Below, in pieces: positions 27,495-38,108 of a stretch of 64,000 nt of DNA. Source of the stretch: an uncultured candidate division Zixibacteria bacterium (GTDB lineage Bacteria > Zixibacteria > MSB-5A5 > RBG-16-43-9); contig OY970208.1 of assembly GCA_963713865.1 (NCBI GenBank), forward strand, positions 1,824,001 to 1,888,000. The letters run 5' to 3'. The stretch's first letter is position 1; each line of letters begins with the position of its first letter. Made by a program: the position numbers and the translations under genes. The notes under the pieces are model-generated. The model worked only from the letters and a program-made list of their open reading frames with translations, was not told where the DNA came from and ran no database searches.

Positions 27495-30357
27495 TTATGG
27501 TTCACAAGGTGGCTTGCCACCCTTGAAGAGATAGTTAATTAGATATACCACATCTGTAATATTGACTTGATTCTCACAGTTCACATTTCCTGCTTCAATT
27601 GGCCTGGGTGCAGGTCCGCCTTTGAAAAGGTAGTTAATGAGATAGATAATGTCTGAAACGCTTACCTGACCATCTGTGTTTGCATCGCCAACTGTGTAGC
27701 GAATACCCATAGTCTGGTTAGAATGGTTACTTTCATTTCCTGAGAAATCTGTGGCAGAAACAAGATAGTAATAGGGTTCTCCTAATTGAGCCGTGGAATC
27801 AGTGAAAACTGAGTCAATGCTAAAAGCGAACCTGTTATTGGGAGAAGGCTGAAATTGACTGGTGGTGTCCCGATAGAGGGTGTAGTAGTCGAAATCCTCG
27901 CTATTAGACTTTTTCCAAACTAACTTTGTTACCGCAGGCTTATGAGAAGCAAAAAGACCTGTTGGTGGTGAAGGAGAAAGGTTATCCAGGGAATATCCGG
28001 AGTCAACCGGTGAGTCGAAATATACCGTAGGATTATCTGTTCCTGCCCTGATGAAGAAGAGAGACCAATACATTCCTTCTGCTATAGTTGAATCTTTCAA
28101 AGTTGGAACTATAACTGAATATAGCGTCTCTCCAAAAGCAGGAATAGTGACCAGCCAATCCCATTCACCAGGAGGATAGGTTAAAAGCAAGCTTTTATCA
28201 ACAGGGGAAGAAGAAGCTAATGTTAATAAAGAATCTCTTTTTCTAAAGACGGAAAAGTTAGTTACCAAAGGGTCATCACCTGGGAAGCTCGACCATTTAA
28301 CTGAAACCTGTTTACCTTGGTCATTACCTACATCAGAAATCCCGGATATAGTGACATTATAAGAAGAACAGGTGGTCAAAAGGGAAGTTGAGTCTTTCAC
28401 AAAAGGATTGGTCAGGGAAACTCCTTTCAGAGTTATCTTATCCGTTGTGCCTATCGGAACACTGGGGATTGATACATCGAATAAAACTGAATCCTGTTGC
28501 CCTGGATTTAGTGTGATTTTGTAGCTCGGTGGTTGAATAGACCAACCCAAAAAATCGGATATGGTCAAGCGACTGGAGTCTGTAACAATACCTGTATTCT
28601 GAACATAGAATTTTGCTATGATGTGGCTATTGGCTTCACCACTTCTGTTACTGCTTGGTGAAACATCCAGACCTTCTTTGTAGGCGTTGCAGGTAACAGT
28701 AAGAGTTGCAGAATCACGGGCAAGCGCATTGGATTTGGAAACCGCAAGTAAAATGACCTGGTCACTTGTCCCCAAAGGAACATAAGGAATAGTGACAGTA
28801 AAACCTGCTGGTTCAGTCTCACCAGTGTCGAGGGTAATATCATAATGAAGCGGAACAATGCTCCAACCCTTGGAATCTGATATGTCAAGGCTATAACTGT
28901 CGGTAACTACACCAACATTTTTGACGAGATAAGATATTGAAACCGAGCTGTCTGCATAACCGCTTTGGTTACTGCCTGCGGTTACATCCACTCCCTCCAC
29001 TATAGCATTACACCAAACAATTAAATATGCGGTATCTGCAACAGAGGGATCGGCCTGAGATAAAGCAGTTAATCGGAGCTTATCTGTTGTCCCAATCAGA
29101 ACTGAGGGTATAGATACGGTGAAGGTTATCGTATCAACTTGTCCTGAATCCAGAGAAACCTCGTAGTAAGAAGGAACAATGGTCCAGCCGAGGGAATCAG
29201 TTATATTCAGGTCGTAAGTATCTGAAAGAAAACCGGTGTTTCTCACATAGAATTCTACAATGACATTACTTTGAGCTCTTCCTCCCTTATTAGCACCGGG
29301 ACTTAATTCTACTGATCGGGGCTGTTCTCCACAACCAACACCAAACGCACCAATATCTGTTCCCCCTTCCCCCGCACCAACGCAAGGCGATGCGCTTGAG
29401 AGATAATAGTTACCAGTCGCAGTATCACAGAAGAGGGGGTCAGCAGATATGCTACCTGGACCAGGAACTAAACCATAGTAATTATCAGGAAGGTTATTCC
29501 AAACGTCATTATAGATTACCATTAGACCGACTGAAGAATAAGAGTAAATGCCGTGGCCTTGGTTGGATCCCACTATGATATTATCGTCTACTTTTGGGTA
29601 ATTTTCATTCCAGATAGAGATACCGCCTCCTGTTGGTGCGTTATTCCCTACTAATGTATTGTGAGATACAATGTTTGAACTTCCCCCATACATTCGTATG
29701 CCCCCTCCAGTCGTCAATGCCCGATTATTTACTAATAGGTTGTTTTTTACATTTACTCCGTTGCAGCCGAGAAGATGGATACCACCCCCATGGGCACCAA
29801 CATTGTTGTTTTTCAGAATATTGTAATCAATAATGGCGGAATTGGAGGAGACTATTTCAAGTGTTCCTTGCCCGGAAGAATTGTTCTCTTCTATTACATT
29901 GTTCCTTATCAGTGGATTACCAGAAATGCTATAAATTGTGCCTTCTTCAGTGGCTGTGTTATTTCTGATAATGTTATGGTTAATCGTGGGGGATGAATTA
30001 TAACAATAAATAGCAGGGCCTTTACCTGCTATCCCGTTTACAATTGTGAATCCGTCAAGTATGGAGTTTCTCTGTTCTGTGTGGTCGAATGTCAGTATAG
30101 ACACACCTGAGTAAGCCTTGTTTATTATGGTGCTCTCCGCTCCAGCTTCACTTTTTACTAAGATTGCTTTACCATAGAAATTAATATTTCTCATAATAAG
30201 TCCCAAGAGCCACCAAAACTGTATCCCCATTTACAGATCCATATATTCCCTGTTGAATAGTGGCTGAATCACTGGGGACGTGGATAATCTTAGCCTGAGC
30301 GGACAGTGAAACAAAGGTAAAGAGACAGACCAGCAATAAAACTTTAAACTTAGGCAT
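27495..30357 (-). pseudogene. Secreted right-handed beta-helix + three Ig-like repeats + Fn3 + dockerin protein; single-base frameshift at about 30188
   Basis: True start ATG 30357 (AGGAGG RBS; MPKFK...AQA-KIIHVPSDSATIQQG...GDTVLV...GTYYE) joins NINFYGK if one A is removed; C-terminal GDANTDG/GNVNC dockerin. Confidence 0.8.
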
Positions 30358-30486
30358 AAATGCCTCCTTTCTTTACTTTTCATACTTGAACTTTTAAGCT
30401 TTTGTCCTCCTTTGGCGGGTTTCTCGGACTTCAGCTTACGATTGAAAATTAAAAGATATACCGCCCGTGGGCGCCTACCCCTTTAA

Positions 30487-30514
30487 AGCATACAGTAGAT
30501 AGTATACAGTAAAC
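30487..30514 (+). repeat. Heptamer tandem repeat (AGTAGAC type)x4
   Basis: AGCATAC AGTAGAT AGTATAC AGTAAAC. Confidence 0.65.
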
Positions 30515-30550
30515 AGGGTGTAGGGTATGGAACACCCTGCCCTACTTGGT

Positions 30551-32440
30551 TCAACAGGAACCTGGAATACAGGGTGGGTTTCCGCCTTTGAAAAGGTAAT
30601 TGATCATATAGATCACATCCGAAACTGTTACTTTACCATCACAGTTGGCATCACCTAACTCTTTAGGGTCAGGCTCAGGTCCGCCTTTGAAAAGGTAATT
30701 GATGAGGAAAACCACATCCGAGACTGTCTTTTTCCCGTCGCCATTGGCATCTCCTTGCAGATTTTCAGTGACTGAATATGTACATGTATCTGGCTGGCCT
30801 GGTTGAGGGACTGAGTAGGTACGTTCTGGAGCCTCATTCCCGTCTAATTTCACGCCCGTGGTATAGTGAGCAGTATCCGGAACACCTTCTTCTCTTATGA
30901 CTCTCACACTATATGGACCTATCAGGGGCTTGGGTATGACAACATTGTCATCACTTTCTCCATCCCCATTAAGATCTGTAATTTCATCATAGTAGGAGCC
31001 ATTTCCAATAGTGTTGAAACTTACCCCGATTGAGTCTAAATTCGGGTCGGTGACGATTAAATCAACTGGGGAGTAAGCGAAAACGCTCAGAGTGTCAGTT
31101 CTGTATAACACATATTTGATCGTGGCATAATCATTACCTGTTCCACTGCCCCAACTTGTTCCAGTTATATACACATTACCTGTAACATCCATTGCTATAG
31201 CTGTAGCACCATCAGAACCGTTTCCCGGCCCGTTGTATCTTCTAACCCAAGATGTATCTCCATTAGAATAGTATTTTACGGTGGCATAATCAGAAGATGT
31301 CCCACTCCCCCAACTACCTCCAGTAACATACACATTGCCAGAACCATCCACTGCTATAGCGTTTGATCCATCACCACCATTGCCTGGCCCATTATAACTT
31401 CTAACCCAGAGCTGGTCTCCATTTGATCCATACTTTATGGTGGCGTAATCAAACGCTGTTCCGGTGTTGTAACTACGTCCTGTCACATAAGCATTACCAG
31501 AATTATCTACGGCTATAGCATAGGCTTCGTCATAGTCGAGCCCTGATCCAAAATAACCTCTGAGCCAGAGCTGATTCCCATTTAAGTCATACTTTATGGT
31601 GATATATATACTTCTTGCCATGCTTACGTAACTCGTTCCGGTCACATAAACATTACCGGAAACGTCTACTGCTATTGCGTTAGCATAATCGTCGCGGTCT
31701 GGCCCATTGTATCTCCTCACCCAGGCAGTATCTCCGTTAGAGTAATACTTTATAGTGGCATAATCATCCTGTGATATGCCACCGCCGTAACTATTTCCGG
31801 TAACATAAACATTACCAGAACTATCTACGGCTATGGCAGAAGCCTCATCCGAGCCGTTTCCTGGTCCGTTGTACGTTCTTACCCAAACAGTACCGCCATT
31901 GGAATTATATTTAATGGTGGCATAATCATAATTTGATCCACTGCCAAAACTTTCTCCAGTCACATAAACATTGCCGGAACCGTCTACTGCTATGGCGTGA
32001 GCATCATCACCAGCGTTTCCCGGGCCATTATATCTTCTCACCCAAGCTGTATCCCCATTAGGATAATATTTTATGGTGGTGTAATCCTCACCTGTGCCAC
32101 TGCCATAACTTAACCCAGTCACATACACATTCCCAGAACCATCTACTGCTATGGCCCGAGCCCAATCAGCAGTGTCTGCCGTACCATTGTATATTCTCAC
32201 CCAGGCATTATCCCCATTTGGGTAGTACTTTATGGTGGCATAGTCCCAGGAAGTCATGGTGTCCATACTATATCCGGTCACATAGACATTGCCAGAGCCA
32301 TCTACTGCTATGGCCCGAGCATTATCATTGGAGTTGCCCGGTCCGTTATATCTTCTCACCCAGGCAGTATCAACAGATTCGGCAAAAAGAGGCAGGGTAA
32401 AAATAGAAATCAATACCAGCACCAAAGAAGTCTTGACCAT
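30551..32440 (-). CDS. Secreted SBBP-repeat beta-propeller protein with C-terminal dockerin
   Basis: Signal peptide; eight WVRRYNG...AIAVDGSGNVYVTG...DYATIKY repeats; GDANGDG/GDANCDG dockerin. Confidence 0.9.
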   Translation of the reverse strand: MVKTSLVLVLISIFTLPLFAESVDTAWVRRYNGPGNSNDNARAIAVDGSGNVYVTGYSMDTMTSWDYATIKYYPNGDNAWVRIYNGTADTADWARAIAVDGSGNVYVTGLSYGSGTGEDYTTIKYYPNGDTAWVRRYNGPGNAGDDAHAIAVDGSGNVYVTGESFGSGSNYDYATIKYNSNGGTVWVRTYNGPGNGSDEASAIAVDSSGNVYVTGNSYGGGISQDDYATIKYYSNGDTAWVRRYNGPDRDDYANAIAVDVSGNVYVTGTSYVSMARSIYITIKYDLNGNQLWLRGYFGSGLDYDEAYAIAVDNSGNAYVTGRSYNTGTAFDYATIKYGSNGDQLWVRSYNGPGNGGDGSNAIAVDGSGNVYVTGGSWGSGTSSDYATVKYYSNGDTSWVRRYNGPGNGSDGATAIAMDVTGNVYITGTSWGSGTGNDYATIKYVLYRTDTLSVFAYSPVDLIVTDPNLDSIGVSFNTIGNGSYYDEITDLNGDGESDDNVVIPKPLIGPYSVRVIREEGVPDTAHYTTGVKLDGNEAPERTYSVPQPGQPDTCTYSVTENLQGDANGDGKKTVSDVVFLINYLFKGGPEPDPKELGDANCDGKVTVSDVIYMINYLFKGGNPPCIPGSC

Positions 32441-32609
32441 AAATACCTCCTTATGTAACTGTTAGGTTTGATTATCAAAAACCAAAGTCAGCTTCCCCCG
32501 AGCTTAGGTTATGGAATTCATAAGTAAATTAATAAGAAATTTTAGTAAGTCAAGAAGAATTTGTAACTCCTCTTATAGGATGAGTAGTGTTGAAAGATTT
32601 TGAGGAGCA

Positions 32610-32826
32610 GGGCCGTCAAGGTCTTGAGACTTTTAGTTTTTTTTGATAAATAAAAACGTCCCGACAGGAGTCGGGATACTACGAACTGCAAACTGTAAGG
32701 GCAGACCTGTCCTGCGTATCCGTTTTAGGATGTGTCTGCCCTGATTATTTATGCAAAATGTTGTAAGGTTTTAATATTTTGAATCCTTTTAATTTAATTG
32801 TAGAGACGCATGCAATGCGCCCCTAC
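32610..32826. repeat. Cluster of REP-like hairpins from several families
   Basis: Partial tcaaggtcttgagac; gtcccgac-agga-gtcgggatactac; gggcagac...gtctgccc; gtagagacgcatgcaatgcg. Confidence 0.65.
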
Positions 32827-32853
32827 AAATGCTGAAGGTTTTCTCTACATTTG

Positions 32854-34530
32854 TTAATATGAACAGGGCTCCGGTCCGCTTTTAAAAAGATAATTTATCA
32901 GATAAACCACATCTGAAATAGTGGTATTCTGGTCGCAGTTGACGTCTCCTCTATACAGAAGGTATGGTGATGGTCCGCCTTTAAGCAGATAGTTGATTAA
33001 AAAGACAACATCTGAAACGCTCGTTTTTCCATCTCGATTTACGTCTCCAGTGCTAAAAGAATATTGAACTGCGGCTAAGAGGTCTATTAACCCCCAGCCG
33101 TAGGTGTTGTTAGGAGTAAGGGCATTATTAGCAGTGTACATCAACGCCTCTCTTACTTTCCAGGGAACCCAGTTTGGATGAGCTGAGAGCAGAACTGCGG
33201 CGCATCCTCCTACTAAAGGAGTTGAAAGAGATGTTCCGCTTACATATACAAAGGTATTGGTGTCGGTGGCTGTGGCACAATAAGTGCTAACTCCTCTGGC
33301 TACTACCTCAGGTTTAATTCTTCCGTTACCGGTTGGTCCTCGTGAACTGAAACTGGCAATCGTGCCTGAGCTATTCACCGCTCCGCAAGAAAGGATGGAA
33401 TCAGCATCAGCCGGAGTTATCAAGGTAGTATCTCCAGGACCTTCATTCCCCATAGCATTACAGACCACTATTCCTAAACTGGCCGCTATATCTGCGGCTA
33501 TAGTTGTTACTGCTGTATTCCCATCTAATTGCTGGCGAGTGTAAAAGAAACCATCATCAAAATCAAGATAACCCAGGGAGCTGGAGATAACATCTGCACC
33601 GATACTGTCTGCCCACTCCATCCCGGCTACCCAGTTATCCTCTTCAATCCGGGTTTCGGTTGGAACATATTCGGTTTTAGCTAAGATAAAGTTAGCTTTA
33701 TAAGCTGGTCCATATAGGGTTCCATCTATTTCTCCACCTAAAGCTGACCAGGTGTAGGTTCCGTGATTATGTTGACTTGTCGCATCCTGTCCGGGCTCAT
33801 TCTGGGTATTAGTGTCGAGATTTATAAAATCGTATTCAGCTAAAACTCTTCCTTCTGAAAAAGCAGATTTAAAAGCCTTATGATCTTTTCTAAAACCGGT
33901 ATCCATCATACAGACTAAAACCCCCTCTCCATGATAACCTAAAGCATGCACTGCCGGAACGTTTATCTGCTGGAGCTGATCATAGGATGGACCATAATTA
34001 ATTGGAAAGAGAGGCTTCCATTGGGGTTGAACTTCTTCTTTTATAGGTTTGCGAATATATGTAAGGACAGGCTTTATAGATTTGACAAAGGGAAGGAGAG
34101 CTATCTGTTCTAATATATTCTGGGAGACCTCAAAACTTGCCGCATTAAGCCAGCGGCTTGGCTGACGCGATTTGGCTCCAAGACTTTTTATATTTTCAAC
34201 ATAAAGCTGGTGTACAGGCAAGTCCAGAAAATTAATTAGCTCACTCTTCAAAACCTTGGCTCGCCGATGAAGAGACTTGGCAGTGAAAAGATTCTGAGTC
34301 CTGCTCTTTGCTTTAACACAGCTTTCCTGGTCAAAAATTCCCTTATCAGTGAAATAGACCCAGACTTTGACCTTTTCACCAGAGGGTTTATTTGACAGAA
34401 ATGTTCTTAGTTCTGGAGAGATAACTGGATAGTCCTTAGGACTAACCAAAGGCTTTTCAATACCCCAGGTTAAAGTAAAGGTTATAAAGAGAAAGAATGA
34501 TAACAAGAGAAGATACCTGCTTTTACACAT
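32854..34530 (-). CDS. Secreted S8 serine protease with C-terminal dockerin
   Basis: Intact triad MDTG / HGT / GTSLS; GDVNRDG/GDVNCD dockerin. Confidence 0.93.
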   Translation of the reverse strand: MCKSRYLLLLSFFLFITFTLTWGIEKPLVSPKDYPVISPELRTFLSNKPSGEKVKVWVYFTDKGIFDQESCVKAKSRTQNLFTAKSLHRRAKVLKSELINFLDLPVHQLYVENIKSLGAKSRQPSRWLNAASFEVSQNILEQIALLPFVKSIKPVLTYIRKPIKEEVQPQWKPLFPINYGPSYDQLQQINVPAVHALGYHGEGVLVCMMDTGFRKDHKAFKSAFSEGRVLAEYDFINLDTNTQNEPGQDATSQHNHGTYTWSALGGEIDGTLYGPAYKANFILAKTEYVPTETRIEEDNWVAGMEWADSIGADVISSSLGYLDFDDGFFYTRQQLDGNTAVTTIAADIAASLGIVVCNAMGNEGPGDTTLITPADADSILSCGAVNSSGTIASFSSRGPTGNGRIKPEVVARGVSTYCATATDTNTFVYVSGTSLSTPLVGGCAAVLLSAHPNWVPWKVREALMYTANNALTPNNTYGWGLIDLLAAVQYSFSTGDVNRDGKTSVSDVVFLINYLLKGGPSPYLLYRGDVNCDQNTTISDVVYLINYLFKSGPEPCSY

Positions 34531-34647
34531 CTAAGACCTCCTTAAAAGTTAAGTTCCGAAAGTCAATGCTCTCATTTTATAATTTAACCAAAATCCCAAT
34601 TTTGTCAACCTCTCAATAAATTTATTCGGATAATTTTTGATTTAAAG

Positions 34648-34665
34648 TATGGGAAAATTCCCATA
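34648..34665. promoter_or_regulatory. Inverted repeat, candidate enhancer for a sigma54 activator
   Basis: TATGGGAA-AA-TTCCCATA about 130 bp upstream of the sigma54 promoter. Confidence 0.4.
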
Positions 34666-34796
34666 TCCTGTAGAAATTAGCCAATTTATTGAAACGTTAT
34701 TAAAAGGTGGTTTTATTATATCGTCAGAAAAGTAGCCGAATCCTAAGCAAGTTAAGGCTTTATAGAAGAAGAACTTGTGCCTAAAAAGACGATTTA

Positions 34797-34813
34797 TTGG
34801 CATATTTATTGCT
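34797..34813 (+). promoter_or_regulatory. Sigma54 -24/-12 promoter of the minor-pilin operon
   Basis: TTGGCATATTTATTGCT, GG-N10-GC. Confidence 0.8.
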
Positions 34814-34846
34814 CAATAATATATTGGTTTACAAAGAAAGGGAGAG

Positions 34847-35239
34847 GTGGTGCTAAGAAGATTTAAAAATATAAATGGGCTTAGTCTTTTAGAGGTCTTA
34901 GTGGCAATGCTGATATTAGCCTTTGGAGTCCTGGGTCTGGCACCGATGATTGTTACTACAATATTCTCAGGTAGTTATTACAATGAGGTAACCAGAGCTA
35001 ATATCATAGCTCAGGATAAGATGGAATTTATGAAGAATTTAGTTTCGTTCAATCCTCTACCCTGGAATGAGATAACCAGCATAAATGGGATTTTTATGCG
35101 CACTACCAGAGTGGATGTTGATACCACAGACTCGTCTGTGCCGGCTGGAGTTTATCGTATCAGAATAACAATAAGCTGGACAGATAAAGTAGGTAAGACC
35201 AGAACAGTAAACTATTATACCTATAAGATGAGAACTTAA
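34847..35239 (+). CDS. pilV: Minor pilin, PilV-like
   Basis: G|LSLLEVLVAMLILAFG, A-x-x-x-AQDKME. Confidence 0.8.
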   Translation: MVLRRFKNINGLSLLEVLVAMLILAFGVLGLAPMIVTTIFSGSYYNEVTRANIIAQDKMEFMKNLVSFNPLPWNEITSINGIFMRTTRVDVDTTDSSVPAGVYRIRITISWTDKVGKTRTVNYYTYKMRT

Positions 35240-35240
35240 A

Positions 35241-35783
35241 ATGAGATTCAAGTTTGAAACAAATCCAGTTAATAGCCAGAAAGGTTTAAGTCTGGTTGAG
35301 CTTTTGATTACTGCAACCCTGACTGTTCTAATGGGATTAGCTATGTTGGATTTCTATATTTCCCAGCACAACCAGTTCTTAGTGCAGGAGGAGATATCAG
35401 ATATGCGGCAGAACGGTCGGGTAGCTATGGACGAGATCGCTAAAAATATAAGAAAAGCTGGATATGGGTTGACAGGACAACCATCGATTTCCGTGGGGAC
35501 TGATACTTTAAAAGTCTATTTTAAGGACAGCTCTCAAACCGATACCATCGTTTACTATATCTCCAGGGCAGATGCCCTGCATCCCAATCTAATGAAAAAG
35601 GTAGGTTCAGGTGCGGCTCAAGTATTTGCTGAGAACATAGACTCACTGAGGTTTACTCAAAGCGAAAAATTAATCCATGTGAAGATAGTTGCCAGAGAAG
35701 ATACAAAAGATGATCATTTCCTCGGAGATAAATATCACCGAATAATTTTAAGCTCTAACGTTGAGGTAAGGAATAGTCTCTAA
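35241..35783 (+). CDS. pilW: Minor pilin, PilW-like
   Basis: G|LSLVELLI, Q-x-x-R-x-AMD...IRKAGY. Confidence 0.8.
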   Translation: MRFKFETNPVNSQKGLSLVELLITATLTVLMGLAMLDFYISQHNQFLVQEEISDMRQNGRVAMDEIAKNIRKAGYGLTGQPSISVGTDTLKVYFKDSSQTDTIVYYISRADALHPNLMKKVGSGAAQVFAENIDSLRFTQSEKLIHVKIVAREDTKDDHFLGDKYHRIILSSNVEVRNSL

Positions 35784-35793
35784 AGGAGAAAAA

Positions 35794-37434
35794 TTGAGGA
35801 AATACGCTGTTAGTGAAGAAAAAGGGTCTGCTCTACTTTTAGCCCTGATCATAATGGTTATGCTAACTTTCGTTTTTATTGCAGCATTGACCACCACGGT
35901 AACTGATATGAATATATCAAAAAATCTGAGAGAGAGAACTTCTGCTTTCTATCTGGCTGAATCAGGTTTAGAGTTGGGAATGGGAGTGCTGAGAGGTAAC
36001 TCTAATATGCTGAATAATGATTCCTTAGAAGCATTGATAAGCGCCCATTCAAATCTGGGTAACGGCAGTTTCAGTGTAGATGTTACCGGCACAGCCCCGT
36101 ATAAGACCCTGACATCTACAGGGAGTTCATCTGAAGGGCAGAGCCAAGTTCAGGTCACGGTAAAGAGGGGAAAGAATCCATTTAATATCTGGAATAATAT
36201 AGTTTTTGCTGGAGCAGGCTTAGCAGGACATAGCATCGCCGGTAACGTCTCTTTTCACGGACCAGTCCATATCTTAGGTGGGGGTGAGCCATTCACTGAC
36301 TCCAATAGTAACGGGCATTGGGATCCGACTGATACTTACACTGATTTAAACAAAAATGGAGTATGGGACCCTGGAGAACCTCTCCTGACCGATTCAGATG
36401 GAGACGGTATATGGGATTCAGCAGAACCTTATACTGACTCCAACGGAAATGGTTCCTACAATGGAGCTCTTACATCTGTAGATTTAGCCTGCGAACTTAC
36501 CGGAACTGCCAGGATTTATAATAACTATACCGGTATGAATTCGGATTTATCCTCAAGGATACCACCTATAGATACGATCACTTTCAATGGCGAGCTGGTA
36601 AATACTTTGGATGCTGAACTCAGAGTGAAACATGGACAGGTAAGTTTATCTGGATCTGTTACTGTGGGACAACCTAATGCTTCCGGCAATCATGTAAAAG
36701 AGACGATGGATGGATGTTATGTTAACGATGGTTATGCCGGTAACAAAGGAGCCAGCAATGTTTATTCAGATAATGGCACTAACCAGAAGTATGATTTAGA
36801 AGAGGGTCCGACTTTCCCTAATCTCAGCGACCCTTATACTGACCCTTCGACTGGAATTTCATACCCCTCTTTTCAAAATTATTTAAATTATAATGCTTTG
36901 GTTATAAGCGGGGATTTAGATTTACAACCTGGAACTTCTTATCCTGCTCTTTGCAATGCCAAGGGAAGTATCTATTTAGATGCCAGTGGTTATTTGCAGA
37001 TCAGTGGAATTGTCTATGTTACAGGTAATATAAATATAAACAAAGGCAGTGGCACCCCTGTTTATTTCGATGGAAGAGGAACTCTGGTCTCAGCTAATGA
37101 CATCAGTGTCCACATCGATGTACTATCTAAGGGGATGTTCCCAACCGATGATGTGATAGGGTTTGTTGCTGCTAAGAATTTGAATCTTGCAAATGGTTCT
37201 GGTGATGCACAGCTTAAACTTATGGGTGCCTTTTATGCTCAGAATAAAATCTCTAATGCTAAACAAAATCAATTAGTCGGTGCTATGGTTTCAAATTATT
37301 TCGAAATAAAAAATGTTCCAGACCTATTCCACGTACCTTCTTTAGCCGATAACTTACCACCGGGTATGCCTGGTGCTGGAACTTCTTATGCCTATACTTA
37401 TCAGATAGTACCGAATAGCTGGAGAGAGTTATAA
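35794..37434 (+). CDS. pilX: Large modular PilX-like pilin (Ca-binding repeats plus Gly/Asn-rich solenoid-like domain)
   Basis: G|SALLL (no Glu5), AFYLAESG, four D-x-[ND]-x-[ND]-G-x-[WY] repeats, C-terminal SWRE. Confidence 0.8.
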   Translation: MRKYAVSEEKGSALLLALIIMVMLTFVFIAALTTTVTDMNISKNLRERTSAFYLAESGLELGMGVLRGNSNMLNNDSLEALISAHSNLGNGSFSVDVTGTAPYKTLTSTGSSSEGQSQVQVTVKRGKNPFNIWNNIVFAGAGLAGHSIAGNVSFHGPVHILGGGEPFTDSNSNGHWDPTDTYTDLNKNGVWDPGEPLLTDSDGDGIWDSAEPYTDSNGNGSYNGALTSVDLACELTGTARIYNNYTGMNSDLSSRIPPIDTITFNGELVNTLDAELRVKHGQVSLSGSVTVGQPNASGNHVKETMDGCYVNDGYAGNKGASNVYSDNGTNQKYDLEEGPTFPNLSDPYTDPSTGISYPSFQNYLNYNALVISGDLDLQPGTSYPALCNAKGSIYLDASGYLQISGIVYVTGNININKGSGTPVYFDGRGTLVSANDISVHIDVLSKGMFPTDDVIGFVAAKNLNLANGSGDAQLKLMGAFYAQNKISNAKQNQLVGAMVSNYFEIKNVPDLFHVPSLADNLPPGMPGAGTSYAYTYQIVPNSWREL

Positions 37435-37456
37435 AATATTAAACGAGGTAAGTAAA

Positions 37457-37943
37457 ATGTTATTAAAGAAGAATCAAAAAGGATTTACTTTCATCGAGTT
37501 GATGATTGTGGTGGTGATAATAGGAATTATGGCCGCCTTGGCGGTGGGACGTTTTGACAAATTCCTTCTCGACCAGAAACTTAAATCTAAAGGAAGGGAT
37601 CTGCTTTCCAGCCTGCGTTTAGCCCGTTCCTATGCGGTAGCACGCAGAGCTCAATATGGTATTTATTTCGATATAAATAGTCACCAATATCTCCTGTTTA
37701 AAGATGTGGTGAATCCATCATCTTATACCTATGACTCTGGAGATTCGGTTTTAAAAACTGAACCATTGTCCAACATCTTTTCATTTAATAACTGTACTTT
37801 TACTAATACTACGATAATTTACCTTTCAACCGGATCTGCCTCTTCTTCTGGCTCAGTGGATATTTATAATTCGGACACTGGCTAAATATGTAAGGGTGGA
37901 TATTCTAGCCAGTACCGGAAGGGCTCGTCTAACCAGAAGCTAA
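37457..37943 (+). pseudogene. FimT/GspH-like minor pilin; single-base insertion at about 37883
   Basis: G|FTFIELM, LRLARSYA; removing one T restores GKYVRVDILASTGRARLTRS to TAA 37943. Confidence 0.75.
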
Positions 37944-38027
37944 TAGGTCTAATAAATATCTCCAAAACTATTAGAAGTATATTTTTTATGATATTTGAAT
38001 CGGGCTAAAAAAATGTTATTTTTCTTC

Positions 38028-38054
38028 TTAATATTTTTTAAAAATAGTCGATAA
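38028..38054 (+). promoter_or_regulatory. Possible sigma28-like promoter of pilM
   Basis: TTAA-N15-GTCGATAA. Confidence 0.45.
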
Positions 38055-38108
38055 AGAAATTAGTGATTTAAAGATTAAGAACAAAAAACTTTTTTCAAAG
38101 AAGAAGAT

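Noticed and set aside
31110-32380. DNA-level tandem repeat as a non-coding element
   Set aside because: Explained by eight in-frame beta-propeller blades
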